Of a stretch of 50,686 nucleotides of DNA, positions 12,201-23,200 are shown piece after piece. The notes below the pieces were generated by a model that searched no databases, was not told the origin of the DNA, and saw only the letters and a program-made list of their open reading frames with translations. The DNA is taken from the NCBI GenBank assembly GCA_965644315.1, contig CBFFRQ010000111.1, positions 1 through 50,686 of the forward strand, in the 5' to 3' direction. The position numbers were made by a program, and so were the translations under genes. Numbering within the stretch: position 1 is the stretch's first letter; every line of letters begins with the position of its first letter. Source of the DNA: Caecitellus pseudoparvulus (taxonomy: Eukaryota; Protista; Bigyra: Bicosoecida).

Positions 12201-14921
12201 GCTCGAAAACGGCACGAAACGAGCCTGCTTTCCCATGACACAGACAGCAGTGTGCCTGTCGATACAGAGGTACTGGCGTCCCCGGCCGAAGCTGAGATGC
12301 GCTCGTACTTCGTCCTCATGATGATGCCAAAGAAAGACGAGCACTCCTCCATTATCAACAGCATTTCCACACTCCCTGCCCACATTCTTGCAGACAGACA
12401 CATGCAAACAGCGCTGCGAGCCCTCTCCTTCTTTGTGTGCGAGATGCCTGCCCAGTACTTTCGCGTCTGCCAGGAAGCCCCGTACTTGCAAGCCTGTCTC
12501 ATGCACCGGGGCATTCCAAACATGCAGCTGGTCGCAGCCAAGCTGTACGATGAGTCGGCAAAGCAAGGTCGCCCTCTGCCAGAGGCTGCAGCCCAGCAGA
12601 TGTTCGGTGTCGACAGCCAGTCTGCCCTTGACACTGTCATCTCTACTCTTGGTGGCTCTGTCTCCCGAAGCGAAAGGGGCACAAAGGTGTCCTTTCGGTC
12701 CACACCGCTCCTTCCAGCCTCAGCTAAACCAAGCTTCACCCCAAGCTTGGTACGGTCTCCACACAGTGGCCCTTCTCGGCAAAGCGCACGGGCTTCTCGT
12801 GCAGCCATTGTGTGTGCGCGGAGATGGGCGCTCGAAGCTCGTGCCCCGGTTTACGGACCACGGACCTCGCTGAGCTGGAAAAGAGTTGCATCGCTTCGCG
12901 GCGTGCCAGCTGACCGCCAAGGGCCGAGCACGCCTGTCCTGGAAGCGAGCACCCATTCATCAAGCGCACCACAGAACGTAGCGGCTCTCGATGCGCCCCC
13001 AAAGGGAGCAGACGCCACAATTCTGCCGGACACGGGGAAGTCTGATGGAGGGGTGTCAGGAATGGCAGCCCCGAGAAGTGCAGAGAGTGCGGACAAAGGG
13101 CAAACTCCCATGCAGCCTGAAGAGCAAAGTCCTCTTCCATCTCAGCCTGCTGCAGAGGAAGCGAAGGCGGACGTAGGAGCCGGACTCCCCCCTGCCCTGG
13201 ACTGGCTCAGCCCGCTTCCTTCAGACAAACCTCGAAAGCTACCAGGAACGCCACCCCAAGCTTTGTCACCTGCAGCTTTGTTCGCTCCATCGTCAAGCCC
13301 CCTGCAGCTTCCAACTGGCCTGGGACTTGTGAAAAACCAATCTGTGCCTGTCTCGTTGCCAAGTGCTCCAAAGAACATGGGGCTTGGAACATCCGAAGCT
13401 CCAAAAGGACCGCTTGAAACAAGCCATACTGACGCTATTGCTCGCCTAGGTGCTACAAAGTCCAGTTCAAGCCCCCGCCATGCGCCTGAAACCTCGCTGG
13501 CGTGGGCCAGCAAACCCCCAGCCACCCACACATCTGCTCTGTTGAGTGCACATGATGCAGCGAGCTCCTTGCAACTGGCAGTCAGCGAGAGCATCGTCGC
13601 CCCAAGTATCCGTGCGTCAGCCCCCCTGGCAAGCGTCCCAAACACTGAGTTGAGCGTCACGGCAGCCAGCTCCGCCAGGCAAAGCCATGGACCACGACAT
13701 GCCCCACCGCTTGGAGTGATCAAGTCTGCGGCTGACTCCCCATCAGCATCGTCTCCAATTGCAGGAGCAACGTCTGAGTCAAGCGACACTGGCGACTCTG
13801 AAGACGATGAGAGTTTGGCCAGCGAGCCTGGGGTGTCTGCATTTTCGTTCGCGGACACCCCCACCGCAGCTGCAGAAGTTTCAACTCACGCTTTCCACGT
13901 GGTTCCGACAGACGAAGTCGCGTTCAAGGCTGCTAAGTCAGTGATTTGCCGACTAGGTAGACCGTCCTTCTCCCTCCAGCCGTCCATGCCTGGTTCTGCC
14001 GCACCTTCGGCTGCGTTCGCTGAGGTCTGCAGCTGGTTGCTGCGAGAAGTGCCCCAAGGGGATTGTTCTGAGCAGGCAGTGCCAATTTCCAACTTTGATG
14101 ATATCAGCCATGCAAGAACACTGAGTCAGACTTCCAACAAGGTGATCCTGCTCTTGACGTCCCCCACAGTGATCCCCACACTGCCCCGCGGCGTGCTCCC
14201 AGTTGTGGTGAGCTGGCAGCCCTCCAAGCCCTGGCAGCTCTGTGTTGACGCAGAAGCTGCACTTTGGGGCCTTCTACCGCCTGACCAACCTGAACGCGGG
14301 CGTGCAACTAGCTCAGCTGACCATCCACTTGTGCAGAGCCTGTTGTCTCCTGTTCTGGACGACCTGGCAGCCCTGAGCAGCCAGCGGGTTGTCGTCGATA
14401 CAGCAGCGTTCTTCAGGTGGTTTCAAGCTGCATCCAATCAAGTGTGCGAGGCGGTAAATCCCGAAGGAAGCCGCTTTGACTGGACTCCGGCACGGGCGTC
14501 GTTGGGGGGCTCGACCTGCTCGCCAGCATGCTTGGCACTTGCACTTGGACATGTCGCAAAGCAGCTTTCACAGGAGCCCTTTGTCCGGCCGCTTCCACGA
14601 AGATGGCGCATGGCAGAGCCCTCTGAGCCACTGTTCCGGGTCGAAGCTGAACAGTTATCTCTTGCCACATCGGGAAGGAAGGAGCACTTTGACGAAGCTC
14701 TAGAGCAAAGTGCCTTGCTTAGCAAATCTCCAGCCGCAACGAAGCGCCCCCGCTCATCAGGAACCCCAATCTCCATTCGGCACAGGCGCAAGGTCTTTAG
14801 GACCACGAAGTCACCTGTGCATGACTCCCTTTCCCAGCTCGCAGAAGAGCTGCAGGCACAAGCCGCCCTTGAGACTGCATCGGAGCTGAGCCTGGCAACA
14901 TCCATTGCACAAGGATTGTAG
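9216..14921 (+). CDS. SAC3/GANP-family mRNA-export scaffold (TREX-2-like) with Gly/LFG-rich N-terminus and two RRM-like modules
   Basis: SAC3/GANP motifs: GRCADMCPRSERDRR, KRHQRSAA, ELRSPATLARTMDYL, FTFDRTRAIRSDFSVQ, HEQIVRFHVL, EAEMRSYFVL, YLQACLMH. Two RRM-like segments (LFVRGVP...GLALVRF). First ATG is at 9216 (MNPFGAGG). Confidence 0.88.
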   Translation: MNPFGAGGLFGSLGGWFGSQSQPPTQPVSQSTSAGVFGAGAGQPLMGMGASSSQGMGSGMQSQSTWGGTATSLGGAHGTSGGIGSGLQPSGGGGQGWRGRGISGGGGGGLNLFGGGGSGVGTSPGVSGGGRGRSGGKGKGRGHADGGGGSGLMVGGGGSGGGGGGLNLFGGGGSGVGTSPGASGGSRGRSGGKGKGRGHADGGGGSGLMVGGGGSGGGGGGLNLFGGGGSGVGTSPGASGGSRGRSGGKGKGRGHADGGGGSGLMVGGGGSGGGGGGLNLFGGGGSGVGTSPGVSGGGRGRSGGKGKGRGHADGGGGSGGSGLMVGGGGSGGGGGGLNLFGGGGGGAGGGAAGLVSGSAGLYSADGFLGSGPAEAQDHPAQVSHFGGPNSSRQQKSAKREKPSGGASRKEEHGIARSVGTSGRARQGSQTREREGNELFVRGVPKQATADTIAAAFATAGQVEHVWCSAAKGLALVRFADHAGAASGLRRVKKVSGKGVHVVWSSGHGAWTKSAEEWVRGGSDGEAEEDGGLGVVEWSEGGESTGGAGSDMPRFTITTGAYDDDVEDDQVGQEFSGDAYVSRASAAEQQMQAAVSVSSRRGSVPNKARSVPGGRRQGGFDAGAGEEGVELFVRGVPKQATADTIAAAFAAAGQVEHVWWSAAKGLALVRFADHAGAAAGLRRVKKVSGKGVHVVWSSGHGAWTKSAEEWVRGGSDGEAEEDEEEDLPLHPQRLQVRIASSPDESEARRAPASPGRAERHASGFTDHAPAASLVSAGQDRPRNFIHAHASRSMQDAEPVSTTDQASGPYKGWPMVGPGMKGRCADMCPRSERDRRVADCELSAFETQVDGMPGTAQDLMIKRHQRSAAASSVHEAELRSPATLARTMDYLCEHVLDADKRMPHPQFTSRSGMPGSPSLLDIFNFTFDRTRAIRSDFSVQGYGVGRNDALAMQVHEQIVRFHVLSIYELCEEPDFQGGLNDAELNNALKTLMTLYSDARKRHETSLLSHDTDSSVPVDTEVLASPAEAEMRSYFVLMMMPKKDEHSSIINSISTLPAHILADRHMQTALRALSFFVCEMPAQYFRVCQEAPYLQACLMHRGIPNMQLVAAKLYDESAKQGRPLPEAAAQQMFGVDSQSALDTVISTLGGSVSRSERGTKVSFRSTPLLPASAKPSFTPSLVRSPHSGPSRQSARASRAAIVCARRWALEARAPVYGPRTSLSWKRVASLRGVPADRQGPSTPVLEASTHSSSAPQNVAALDAPPKGADATILPDTGKSDGGVSGMAAPRSAESADKGQTPMQPEEQSPLPSQPAAEEAKADVGAGLPPALDWLSPLPSDKPRKLPGTPPQALSPAALFAPSSSPLQLPTGLGLVKNQSVPVSLPSAPKNMGLGTSEAPKGPLETSHTDAIARLGATKSSSSPRHAPETSLAWASKPPATHTSALLSAHDAASSLQLAVSESIVAPSIRASAPLASVPNTELSVTAASSARQSHGPRHAPPLGVIKSAADSPSASSPIAGATSESSDTGDSEDDESLASEPGVSAFSFADTPTAAAEVSTHAFHVVPTDEVAFKAAKSVICRLGRPSFSLQPSMPGSAAPSAAFAEVCSWLLREVPQGDCSEQAVPISNFDDISHARTLSQTSNKVILLLTSPTVIPTLPRGVLPVVVSWQPSKPWQLCVDAEAALWGLLPPDQPERGRATSSADHPLVQSLLSPVLDDLAALSSQRVVVDTAAFFRWFQAASNQVCEAVNPEGSRFDWTPARASLGGSTCSPACLALALGHVAKQLSQEPFVRPLPRRWRMAEPSEPLFRVEAEQLSLATSGRKEHFDEALEQSALLSKSPAATKRPRSSGTPISIRHRRKVFRTTKSPVHDSLSQLAEELQAQAALETASELSLATSIAQGL
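9530..10245 (+). repeat. Coding tandem repeat, 168-bp (56-aa) unit, about 4.2 copies
   Basis: TTGAACCTGTTCGGGGGC recurs at 9543, 9711, 9879, 10047 and 10224 (the last unit has a 9-bp insertion). Confidence 0.95.
10526..11380 (+). repeat. Near-identical internal duplication (~275 bp) of an RRM-like module
   Basis: Segments ~10526-10801 and ~11103-11380 both encode LFVRGVPKQATADTIAAAFA.AGQVEHVW.SAAKGLALVRFADHAGAA.GLRRVKKVSGKGVHVVWSSGHGAWTKSAEEWVRGGSDGEAEED. Confidence 0.95.
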
Positions 14922-15938
14922 GCTGCAAGAAATGTGCACCATAGTTTGGCCCCTATGTGTCTGAGGGCTTTCCCAATTTGAGCTCGTGTGTGCTTTGCCT
15001 GCCTTGACAGCACACCAGCATACCTGATGTTTGAAGGTTTCAAGTGCCGCAGCTGCCGCCTGAGTTCGCTGTCGCCATGGAGAAGGCTTGCAGGTATGGA
15101 ACTTGTGACTTGTGGTGCCGAGTTGTTGGAGGGGAGCCAGCGATTTACCTGAACTCGCCAGGCTCTGGACCTGACATGACTGGAACTCAAGGTAGTGGAT
15201 TCACTCCAGCGGCGTGTCATGCGGACGCTGAAGAAGGTCAAGTGAGTGATGTTGTGTCAAGCTGCCAGGGCGAGTGGCGCCAAGTCATACAAGTGGAATG
15301 TCAGACAGGAAGACAGGTGTGCCATGAATCGGATGTGAGTTTCTGGAGCAACTCCCGTGCACACCACGTGCTGTTGTGGCACGACCACACTGGTATAGAA
15401 CCCCTCCTCTGCAAAAAGTAACTTGCGTTGGCTTCAGTGGAACACGTTCTGATACGCCTGCTACCGCAGCCGAGAAGAGACCCTGGAAGTCGTTGGAACG
15501 TCCAAGGTACGGACCAGTGTAGAAAGCAGCTCAAGTGTTGGTGGTGCACTTCCCAACTGTGACCGGTGAGGGTGCTGCACTGGGCAGGCGAATGGACTTG
15601 GGTCAGAAGGCGAAGTATCTGCACTGACAGGCCAGAGAAAGAACCCTTCGAATCCACTTGAAGCCTTCATGAACTTGGATTCCTGTGGAATCCATGTCAG
15701 GGCCAAGGGTGACGTTTGGAAGCTACCGTCCTTGCAAGAAGCAGTTGTCCAGGCTGGGCCTGTGAAAGATGGGTGTGCGGAAGCGGCCCCAGCATCGCAG
15801 GAGGGCCGAGCAGGGGCTGAGTCTGCTGCTGCAGAGATCATGAAGAGGGCTGCATGTAGAGGCCCTTGTGTGTCTGTTCGGAGCTTTGCTGGACTTGCCC
15901 TTTCTAGCTCGAGTTGGAAAAGTGGATCTGGCCATACA

Positions 15939-15953
15939 CAGTCATGAGAATTT
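15939..15953 (+). repeat. Left terminal inverted repeat
   Basis: CAGTCATGAGAATTT is the exact reverse complement of 24230-24244. Confidence 0.9.
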
Positions 15954-17414
15954 CTGGGGGGGATCGGGGGCGCCGCGTTGCAACTCGGCGGGGGGCCATT
16001 TTTCGCGACCTTGCTCGGCGGGTCGAGGCGGCGAGTTCCCCCAACTCGGCGGGGTGGCCTGCGTACCCGCCGACTCAACTGGGGCTGTGCATTGCTGGGG
16101 GGGGGGGGGGCTGCGGCACCTTCCAGCTCGCGCTGGCCTGCCATACTCCAGCAGGCAGCGTTGTGTGCCTCAATGCATGCCCCCGCGTCCACCACACCCG
16201 GCTCTGAGCACTCACGCCTCCGGCCATGCCTCTGCGCCGCCGCCCGCCTCTGCCATCGAGAGCCACTCGTGTAGTCCAGCACTGCCACGAACTTCCCATG
16301 GTCATTCAGGGTTGCACGCCAAGTCTCCAACAGCATTGCGTCCTGGAGAGCCTGTGAAGGTGGGGGAGGAGGCTCGCGTGGCTCTGCACCTTGACACCTG
16401 CAGTCACGGTGCAGCCGCTTCCTGCACAAGGCACCAGCGCGGCAGCCCCCGGGCACTCACAATGGCGAGCTCGCGTCATAGTGGGGCTTGGCCCTCGTGA
16501 TCAGGCCGTCAGGTCTTCCATTCCTGTGGAGGGCGGCCGTGGCTCGGGTGATGGTGTGGGAGTGCCAGGCATCGGCTGTAACGCCAGGCACGGGGAGGAG
16601 CGCTTGAGGGCCACGCACCGCTCAGGCTATTCCAGTGCAACATGTAGCACTCAGACTAAGACGTGGATCCTCCCAGTGCACACTGTGAGGGGCCGGCGGG
16701 GTGGTGTGTGCGTGTCGGGGGCGAGGGACTCTTGCCTGCGCAGAGGTGGCGTGGTGGCAGGCGGCACCAAAGACCAGAGGATGCAGTCTCACGCACCCTC
16801 ACAGGAAAATGCCGCGCAATCAAGACGTTCCGGTGTGCATGATTTGAATGGCCGAGTTCCTGTGGCGCTGGAGCTGGCACGGGTGTGGGGCGGTGCCTTG
16901 CAAAGTGCCTGAGCGTGTGCACGAAACGCCACGCCGAGGGGGGTGCCACTCGTGTCCCAACGCACCACTCAAGCCATCCATGGAGCACAGTCCGCGATGC
17001 AACAAGGTCAATTTCCTCGAAAGAGTGTACTCTGGCAGGCGGGAGCTCGGGCGGGGGGTGGCTGCGCGTGGAGGAGCATGCCTGTGACTCAGATGGCAAC
17101 GCCACTGAGGAGAGCCGCGTGGCAGGCCCCTGCACGAACCTGCAGCCAAATTTGACACGAACAGACCGCGATCTTTACAGTTTTTCACACTTTCGTGTGG
17201 CACACTGCGCAAGAGAGGGCGCCAGGGGGGGGGGGTGGAGGAGGTGAGGTGTTCCTACCGTTGCAGGCGAAACGCCCGGCACGTAGGCTGTGCGGCGCTT
17301 ACATCTGGGCGCTCGTGCAGCAATATGCAGGCCATGGCTCCAACACTGTGCAACCGTGCACTGCGGGGTGAGGGAGGGACGGACCGTTCAGATTTGCGCT
17401 GGGGTCAGTAGGTA

Positions 17415-19817
17415 TCACCCGAGCCGAGGGGGGTGAAGGGGGCGCTCCGCTGATGCTGGCCCATTGCCCCCCCCCCCCTCCCAGTCCTCAACTGAACGAA
17501 AGGCCGGGCGGGGCACGGCCCCAGCTACATCACGAGCGTATGGGCCACCATAGTACAGCCGTTCTTTATTCCCAAGCTGCGCGTGCGCGTGCAAGCCGGC
17601 GCGTGTGCGTACCCACGTCGTACATTGCGCACGCAAGCGAGTGATGGGGACGCTGAGAGGCTGAGGGGACGCCCATCTCGGAGGCGGCATAGGCACGGGG
17701 CATGGAGGTCCTACACGACATCCCCTGCTTACCCCATCACGTCCAACAGCGGTGCCGTGCGGCTTCGAGGGCGCTTCTTGCCCCCAACCCTTGCGCCCAC
17801 CCGCGCCGCCCTGCCGCCGCCCGGCACGTCCTGGGAATCAGGCTCAGACTCGGAGCCTGAGCCTGAGCCCGAGCCCGGGGCAGAATCCAGACTGGCTTGT
17901 GCAACGCGCAGGGGACGTTCCGTCAATGCCGCTGCGGCGCTCTTCTTGGCCTCTTCCATTCGTTTGGGCTCGTCCAGGTCAAGCGTATCACGGAAAGTTC
18001 GGGTGGCAAAGCCCCACGCGGTGGCGCTGGCTTCCTCCCCCCGCAAAAAGGTCCACAGGGGCCCAAGGACGGTGCCGACTATGTGCAGTTGAGCGGTGGA
18101 AAGCTCGTGCCACGAACATCTGGCCGGGAAGGGAGGAAGGCTGCGTGTCAAACTGTACACCTGCGAGCGCAATATGCACAGCAGCTCCATCGCCAACTCG
18201 TACAGCGCCTCCAGAGCCGCCGCTGTGGTGACGTCCCGGGGCTCCACGCAAGCACCCGTCTGCTCGGCGAGCTGTTTGCGCAAGTCCTGCTCCATTGAAA
18301 CCGCCAAGAGTGCCGCGCAGTCGAAGGGGGCGTCAGGCGTGGCAAAGTCGCACACCGCCTCGAAGCGTGCGGCCTGCCTGCGGCGCACCTCCTCGAGGGG
18401 GAGCAAGTTGCCATCCCGATCCGTCCATGTGAGGAAGCGGGCGTCCTCCGGCAGAACTCGCCACCCGGAGCGCATACGCTCGCCGATGTCCACGAAGGAC
18501 TCGTGGCCTGGCCTTTGAAGGCGCCGCATGCAGACCAAGGCGGCGGTCTCCCGTGCGGGGCACAGCACACTCAACGCCTTCGCGCGCTTCGCGTTCTTTG
18601 TCAGGGAGCTGCCCCGGAACACCACTGAGATCGCATGGCGCACCCTCTTGCAAGCTTCGTGCACATGCCGAGCCTCTGCCCGCAGCATCGGGTCTCTGGC
18701 GGAGTTCCAGGCTAGCGCGTTGTAGCCCCCGTCGCCAGCGCAGACCTGCTCCAGGAGCGCGGGCATGCCATCAGCGTCAGCCAGGGGGAACGCCAGCAAC
18801 GGCTCCGCAAGGCCACCGTCACGCACCAGTGCTTCATGCAGGAGCTGCGGGCTGCCAAGGGGGCCTCCAGGCGCCCGAAGGGCAGCGTTGGTGCACATTA
18901 CGGTGAGGGCTGTGTCTTGCACAAGCCCGCCTTCGCGCTTGGACTTCGCAAACTCCCACGGTCCAGTGCCAGTGAGTCGTGGCTTGCAGATGGCATCCAT
19001 GTGGTTAGACATCAGCAGGTGGCTGTGCTTGACACATTTAGGTTTGCTGTCGGAGGCACGCTGCGCTTGTCCTCGTGCCGTGCCTGCACGCCCAGCCTCC
19101 AGCTGCTGAATGCGCTCGCGCAACAAGCTCGTCTCACGCTGATGGTGCTCCCACAGGAGGGCCCTCTCGCGCTCACAGTGGGAGAACAACACAAAGAGCT
19201 GGTAGATCAAGGCACGATTGAGTGCCATGCACGTCTGCATGGCACTCTCCTTCTCATCTGGGTCTGTGGCCTGGAGTGCCATGAAGTCGAGCATGCGAGG
19301 CATGGAAGAGCCCGCGATGAAGCTTCGGGCCACACCGCTGAACGGGACTGCTAAAGAGGACAAGTGCACTGGGTGTGGGCACTCAGGGGGGGGGGGGGCA
19401 TTGGCACATTGTCACTGGCTGTTGGCGAGGGCTGCCGAGGTGCTGCGCCCAGGTTATCAACTCACCTCGACTGCTCGCTTCACCTGGATTGCTGGCCGGG
19501 TCAGCGTACAGCTTAAGCACTTCCGATAGCATGAAGTCTTCTGCGTCGCACAAGTGGCGCGGGGCGCCAGGCAGCGGTGAACGTATGTGCGTTTTGAGCG
19601 GCTGCGTTTCACAACGTGCCACACCATTCGCGCAGCTGCCACACCGTATCCAATCTCTGTACTCGGGCACGGGCAGTGCCCTAGCACTGTCCAGAGCAAG
19701 CGTGTGAAGCTGTCCAAGCACAGTCTGGAGCACTTCCTTCGCGGGGTGGACACGCTCAGTGGGGGATGGCTGCGTTGTGGTGGTGCTCTCCGCACCAACG
19801 ACGCTGCGTTGTGGCAT
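17415..19817 (-). CDS. Transposon second (accessory) gene, spliced, function unknown; 3' exons uncertain
   Basis: The exon from ATG 19817 joins ORF 17729..19369 in frame through a 97-nt GTGAG..CCCAG intron (19465..19369). That ORF's stop codon lies inside a GG|GTAAG donor at 17732, and a downstream acceptor continues into the frame of ORF 17415..17696. A basic NLS-like KKRPRSR is present. Confidence 0.6.
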
Positions 19818-20248
19818 GGCGCGCCGGGAAGGGGACACGGGCGCGTGAGAGGCAAAGAGGGCCGAGGAGAGGGAGTGAGCAGGAGCACAAAGTTGGGCTT
19901 GAAATGCCCATCCCTGCTCAGTGAGCCTTCACTGAGCAGGGATGGGAAGCCCCCCCCCCCCCCCCTAGCGAAACGCAGCGTTCTTCCATGTCCACACACT
20001 GACTGTTGCCTTGCGGGGCACTTCAAACACCTCGTGCGGGTCAAATGCATCTGACATTCGAGCGCATGTGTGATTCCTCATGCCAGAGGAGTCTTGGTTG
20101 CGCTGTGAATGTACCGATTGGTGTGTGCCACGCAGCGCGTTTCGATTATTCGAAACGCAACTATTGCTGCCATGGACTGGGGTCCGCCAACTTGCACGCC
20201 CCCCCCCCCCCCCCTGCAGACCCCGCCAAGTAGCACCCCACATCCACT

Positions 20249-23200
20249 ATGCACTCGTGCACTGTCTGCAAGCGGTCCTTCGACTCGGCCCGGGGTCTCT
20301 CGGTGCACTTCACTTCAAAGTGTGCACACACTCTGAGAGCTCAGTTGAGAGAGCAGGGCCGCGTTTGGAGTGAAAACACGCGCAAACGGCTCAGGGATGG
20401 GTCCACCAGGACACTCGAGACGGGCAAAGACGCTGTAGCGTCCCTAGTTGCCGACTTCCTGGAGCACCGGCCCGAGGGTGCTGGACTGGCGCTGGCGCTG
20501 CCTCCTGGACGGCCACAAGACAGCGACTATGAATCGGAAGAGAGCGACATTGATGGGGTGGACGAGCTCTGGGCCGACGCCACGGAGGCTCCACCTGCTG
20601 GGCTTGCGGCCAGCGGGGGACACGCTCAGGCGGGAGAGGCAGCGGGACTTGCGACCAGCGGGGGACACGCTCAGGCGGGAGAGGCAGCGGGAGAGGCAGG
20701 CGAGCCGGCTGCTCTACCAGCCGACACTCACTCAGCCATTGAGGTGCTGCGGGCACGCGTGGGCTTGCTCTCGGAAGAGCTGGAGACACTGAGGAAGAGG
20801 AACTTTGAGCTGGAGGCGATACTGACCACCGATGCGAGTGCCGCCTCGGTGTTCAAAGTGCAGCACGATCTCTGGTCGAAGTGCATGGCAGACACAGCCA
20901 GCTGCAGCACTTGTCAGGCGAAGGTTCGAGCACGGAAGCCGATGCAGCCCCAGAGGAAGATGAAGCGCTTGGTCGAGACACTCAAGGGGTTGCCTGGCAT
21001 CTGCATGCCGGGGGTGGTGCACGCCAACATGCCCGCCGGCGTGTGCGACCGGCGTGGAGTGTCACGTGCCACCTGGCCCATCCACGGCGTGAAGCTGAAG
21101 GATTGGCTTGTCCACTCGCTGGCTCGGATACCTGTTGAGTGCTTGCCCGCCCGTCGGGCCACAAGGGGCGTCCCAGACCCCATGCACACGTCGGGAATTG
21201 ACACGGCCATGGGGACTGCGCTGGCGAGCAAGCTCGAGGCCGCCTTCGCAGACTGCGACGCGGTCGCGCGTGCAGCATTCCAAAGGCACCGGCCTGGATT
21301 GAGCGACGACGAAACCCCCGCCTTGGCCGCTCCGTTCACGGAGCGTGGCCGCTTTCAGGCACACACGATGGCAGGCGCCCAGGAACCCCAAGACGGCACC
21401 GTGTCGTGTTTCGCTGAAAGCCCGTGTGCTCATGCGGCGTCACAGACAGCTCTGCAACACCGCGCCCTGCCGTTTGTCATGAACGTCTTCATGGACGAGG
21501 CCCACCCTTTCCGCCAACCGAAGACGGCCATCACGCCCCTGAGCGTCCGGCCCATGCAAGTGAGTCCCCGAGAGGCCCGAAGCCAGGGGTCAGCGGCAGT
21601 CCTTGCCTTCATGCCGCTGAAAGACATGGACTTCAAAGGGACCGCGGAGGAGGCGAAGCGCGCCAAGTACAAGGCACACCAGGCCCAGCTCCGCGCTGTG
21701 CTGCTGGAGCCTCTTGCTGAGATCCACGCACAGGGTGGCCTGTGGATCCCGGTAGCAGCCGACCAAGTCAGCGCTCTGCGGGACCTTGGCGTCGATGTCC
21801 TTGAGCCGGGGGCGGGGGTCGATGGGCCTTCGTTCGTTGCCCGTGTGTGGCCGCTCATCGGCGCCATCTGCGCCGACACGGCTGAGAGATGGATGCTGCT
21901 CAATGCCGTTCACGGCAGGCCTCCACGGTGCTCGTGCGCGCTGGCGTGGCGCAGCAAAGGCCAGCAAGAGCTGGCCGAGGCTGTGCCCCTCGACATGGCC
22001 GAGACCGTGGCAGCGCTGGGGACTTGCACGCGGCGCTCGGCGTCCTTCCACGCCGACGCGCTGCGTGACGTGGCGTCTGCCGATCCGGTCGTGAAGGCGC
22101 GGGCGGAGGCCGACCTTGCCACGATCAGGTGGAAGGACGTCGAGGATATCTGCGAGATTGAGCGCCATGCGACGCTGTTTGTGGGGGGCAACGGCTACGA
22201 GGCCTGCCCTGCAGACAGGCTGCATGTGCTGGGGAGCGGGGTGGTGGGGGACCGAACATGGGGTGCTTTGGAGCAGGGGATGCTCGCGCCCGGCCTCGGG
22301 GCGCAGGACGATCGCCAAGCGACCTTCATGCACCGCATGCAGCAGCCGCATCCGCGCCGCATCGACGGCGTACAGGTGGTCGGCGCGGGGCGGGAGACGG
22401 CGGTCAAGCTGTCGGCCGGCAACGCCGTCACGGCGGAGGACAAGCTGGGGCTCACTCGGTGGCAGACGCTGATGATGGGCACGGACGACGCCGTCGTGGG
22501 GCCGCCCAAGGTCCGCCAACTGCTGAACGCACTGCATGGGGCCGTGGGCGTGGTCCTGCGCTTCACGTATGGCAGGGCAGTGGCTGGGCGGGGAGACGCG
22601 TGCCGTCTGGCCCAGTGGATGGCCCGTGTGGCCACCGTGTTCCAGCTCGTCAGCAACGAGCTGCGCTCCCTTGGCCGGAAGGCTCTACCCCTCACGTACC
22701 CCAAGCTGCACATTGCGCTGCAGCTGGCGCTCGACATGCATTGGTACGGTACCCTGGAGGCGGTTGATACCGACAACGGTGAGACGCTGCACACGCGGAT
22801 CAACCGCGTCCTCCGCAAGATTCACCGCGGGAAGCACGGTGTCCTTTCCAAGCTGGCGGAGAGAGTGTGCCTCGTGCAGGCCATGAGCTGCGCGCCGTAC
22901 TCTCCACCGCCAGGCTACACTCCCTCCCCCGAGACCTGGTACAACTTAGTGCATTCTCGCTCCCTGGACGTCGGCGCCTGTGCCGGGGCTGCTGCTGACA
23001 CAGGCGCTGAGGTGCCACTGAACTTGGTGGGCACGGCCATGCGGCCGATCGTGACGCGATTCAGGAGCGCTGATGAGCCACTGACCTTCCCGCAGTCCTT
23101 CGTCGCAGGGGCGAGCGCCCTGGCGTGGTTGAGGGAGCGGCGGGTGGGGCCTTCGGGCAAGTTGTACAGGGTGCAACTAAAGCCTGACGACGTCGTGGAT

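Noticed and set aside
20597-20700. 45-bp tandem duplication in the transposase (GLAASGGHAQAGEAA x2)
   Set aside because: An ordinary slippage duplication in a disordered linker.
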